A stretch of 62,490 nucleotides of DNA, filler included. It is 4 parts of 4 records of this genome, joined end to end, with 100 filler letters (N's around TTAATTAATTAA, not from the genome) between each part and the next. Parts side by side here need not be neighbours in the genome. Positions count along the whole stretch, not along the records: positions 57,350 to 62,490 come from SRR20825019_56; 3 more parts are not named here. One strand, 5' to 3'. Below, one piece after another: positions 60,933 to 62,490 of the stretch. Position 1 is the first letter of the stretch. Every line of letters starts with the position of its first letter. The position numbers were made by a program, and so were the translations under genes. The notes beneath the pieces are model-generated. The model did not search any database and had not been told where the DNA came from. It worked only from the letters and a program-made list of their open reading frames with translations.

Positions 60933-61435
60933 AGGGAGTTACCTTAAAATTTTGGATTGAACAGTCAAATGTTTATCTATTGCCTGAAGCCTTTAACTAA
61001 GCTGCACTATTGTTTAAGTGTTTTAGAGATAGTTTTATGTAAAAAGTAAGTGTGTTTAGATTAAAAGAAGCTGTGTTAGGGTTAAAAATAGATGTTTTTA
61101 ATCCCAATCAATAAAATTTAAATCTATTTCCCTTAAACTTTAATTAAAATCCCCAAAATTTTAATCTAACTAATTATAATTTTCATTCTATCGTTTAAAA
61201 ATAGCATCTTTCTAATAAATAACATCATTATAACACTCAAACAGGTCATCTTTTTACCTAAATGGAGGTTGTGTTTTATAGAGGGTAAGGTTTTAAGGTA
61301 CAACCAACTTAGTTGAGTTAATAGAAATACTATTAGAATTAGGATTGCTTATAATGTGCAAAGTGTTAAATTAAATTTATTTATATTAGAAGTCTTAATG
61401 AAAAATATTACCTAGTAATAATTTACTTATAGATA

Positions 61436-62464
61436 ATGAAGAAAAAACGTATTTCAATTAAAGATATTGCTGCTCATTTAAATATTTCTGTTACCACAGT
61501 TTCCTTTGTTTTAAATGGAAAAGCAGAAGAAAAGCATATATCAAAGGCATTAACTGAAAAGGTTTTAAAATATGTACAAGAAGTAAATTATACTCCCAAT
61601 CAAATAGCTCAAAGTTTAAGGACTGGACAGTCTAAAATTTTGGTGTTTATGGTAGAAGATATTTCTAACCTATTCTTTGCTCAACTTGCTAGATTGATTG
61701 AAGATTTAGCCTATAAAAAAGGATATAAAGTTCTTTTTTGTAGTAATGATAATGATGATAAAAAATCTATAGAATTAATAAATCTCTTTAAAGATAGGCA
61801 AGTAGATGGGTTTATAATTGTACCCTCTCCTAATTTAGATAAAACGATTGCTCATTTATTAGATGAGAATATCCCTGTGGTGCTTTTTGATAGATATTTT
61901 GCGTCCTTAGAAGCCAATTATGTAATTACAAATAATAAAGCTGCAACAGAGAATGCTGTAATTCATTTATTTGAAAATGGATTTAGGAACATTGCTTATA
62001 TTACTATTGATGCAATACAATCTCAGATGGCAGATAGATTAGAAGGTTATGAAGCGGTTGTAGAAAAATATAATATTCCTAATTATACGCTTCAAATTCC
62101 TTTTGAAGAAACCACTCAAGGAAATAGTGAGAGGTATATTAAGGATTTCATGGAAGAAAATCCATCAATAGATTCAATTCTTTTTGCAACCAACTACCTA
62201 ACGCAATCAGGGTTAAAAGTTATTAAGCAAGAGTATCCAGATTTAATAAATAGCATTGGAATCATCACTTTTGACGATAATGAACTATTTAAAACTTATA
62301 GCCCCACTATTACCGCAGTTTCTCAACCAACCCAAGAAATGGCCACTATGGCAATGTCTTTAATTTTGGATCTTATAAAAAAGAAAGATAGTTCTAAAAG
62401 TAAGCAAACAATTACCTTGGAATCTTCATTAATAGTTAGAGAATCTTCTAAAAAAAGAAACTAA
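61436..62464 (+). CDS. LacI family transcriptional regulator
   Basis: HTH ISIKDIA..LNISVTTVSFVLNG; YTPNQIAQSLRTG; PVVLFDR; ITAVSQP. Confidence 0.93.
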   Translation: MKKKRISIKDIAAHLNISVTTVSFVLNGKAEEKHISKALTEKVLKYVQEVNYTPNQIAQSLRTGQSKILVFMVEDISNLFFAQLARLIEDLAYKKGYKVLFCSNDNDDKKSIELINLFKDRQVDGFIIVPSPNLDKTIAHLLDENIPVVLFDRYFASLEANYVITNNKAATENAVIHLFENGFRNIAYITIDAIQSQMADRLEGYEAVVEKYNIPNYTLQIPFEETTQGNSERYIKDFMEENPSIDSILFATNYLTQSGLKVIKQEYPDLINSIGIITFDDNELFKTYSPTITAVSQPTQEMATMAMSLILDLIKKKDSSKSKQTITLESSLIVRESSKKRN

Positions 62465-62465
62465 T

Positions 62466-62482
62466 CCCTCATTGAGGGTTTT
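62466..62482 (+). terminator. Short terminator hairpin after the LacI gene
   Basis: ccctc-att-gaggg followed by tttt. Confidence 0.45.
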
Positions 62483-62490
62483 ATTTCCCA

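Overview
This window is not one locus. It is four contigs joined by artificial 100-nt spacers (44 N + TTAATTAATTAA + 44 N) at 27464-27563, 32733-32832 and 57250-57349. All four look like Bacteroidota, probably Flavobacteriaceae: TAnnTTTG promoters in contigs 1 and 3, a T9SS cargo gene, and typical gene content. Contig 1 is visibly more GC-rich than contigs 2-4, so they may come from different genomes. Contig 1 (1-27463) is mostly housekeeping: rlmD, rocD, bshC, pgmB, guaA, partial pyrG, peptidases, a LysM protein and TrkH. It also carries an unusual two-gene cassette (8043-10314): a signal-less trypsin-like protease fused to a Zn ribbon and a YbjN/T3SS-chaperone-like domain, plus a partner with a paralogous chaperone-like domain. 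This cassette is the best candidate for an undescribed system. Contig 1 also has two candidate small-RNA elements between convergent genes. Contig 2 (27564-32732) has partial hemB, DinB, CNNM, ogt, a serine hydrolase, an exonuclease, a heptamer-periodic inverted-repeat element and a partial T9SS protein. Contig 3 (32833-57249) is a Wzx/Wzy capsule or EPS locus with three sulfotransferases and a GNAT / PLP-enzyme / FemAB-like tailoring trio, followed by lplA, an FAD oxidoreductase and an FKBP fragment. Contig 4 (57350-62490) is an arabinose cluster: partial araA, mutarotase, sodium:sugar symporter and a LacI regulator. All family calls come from motif recognition by eye; no database searches were run.
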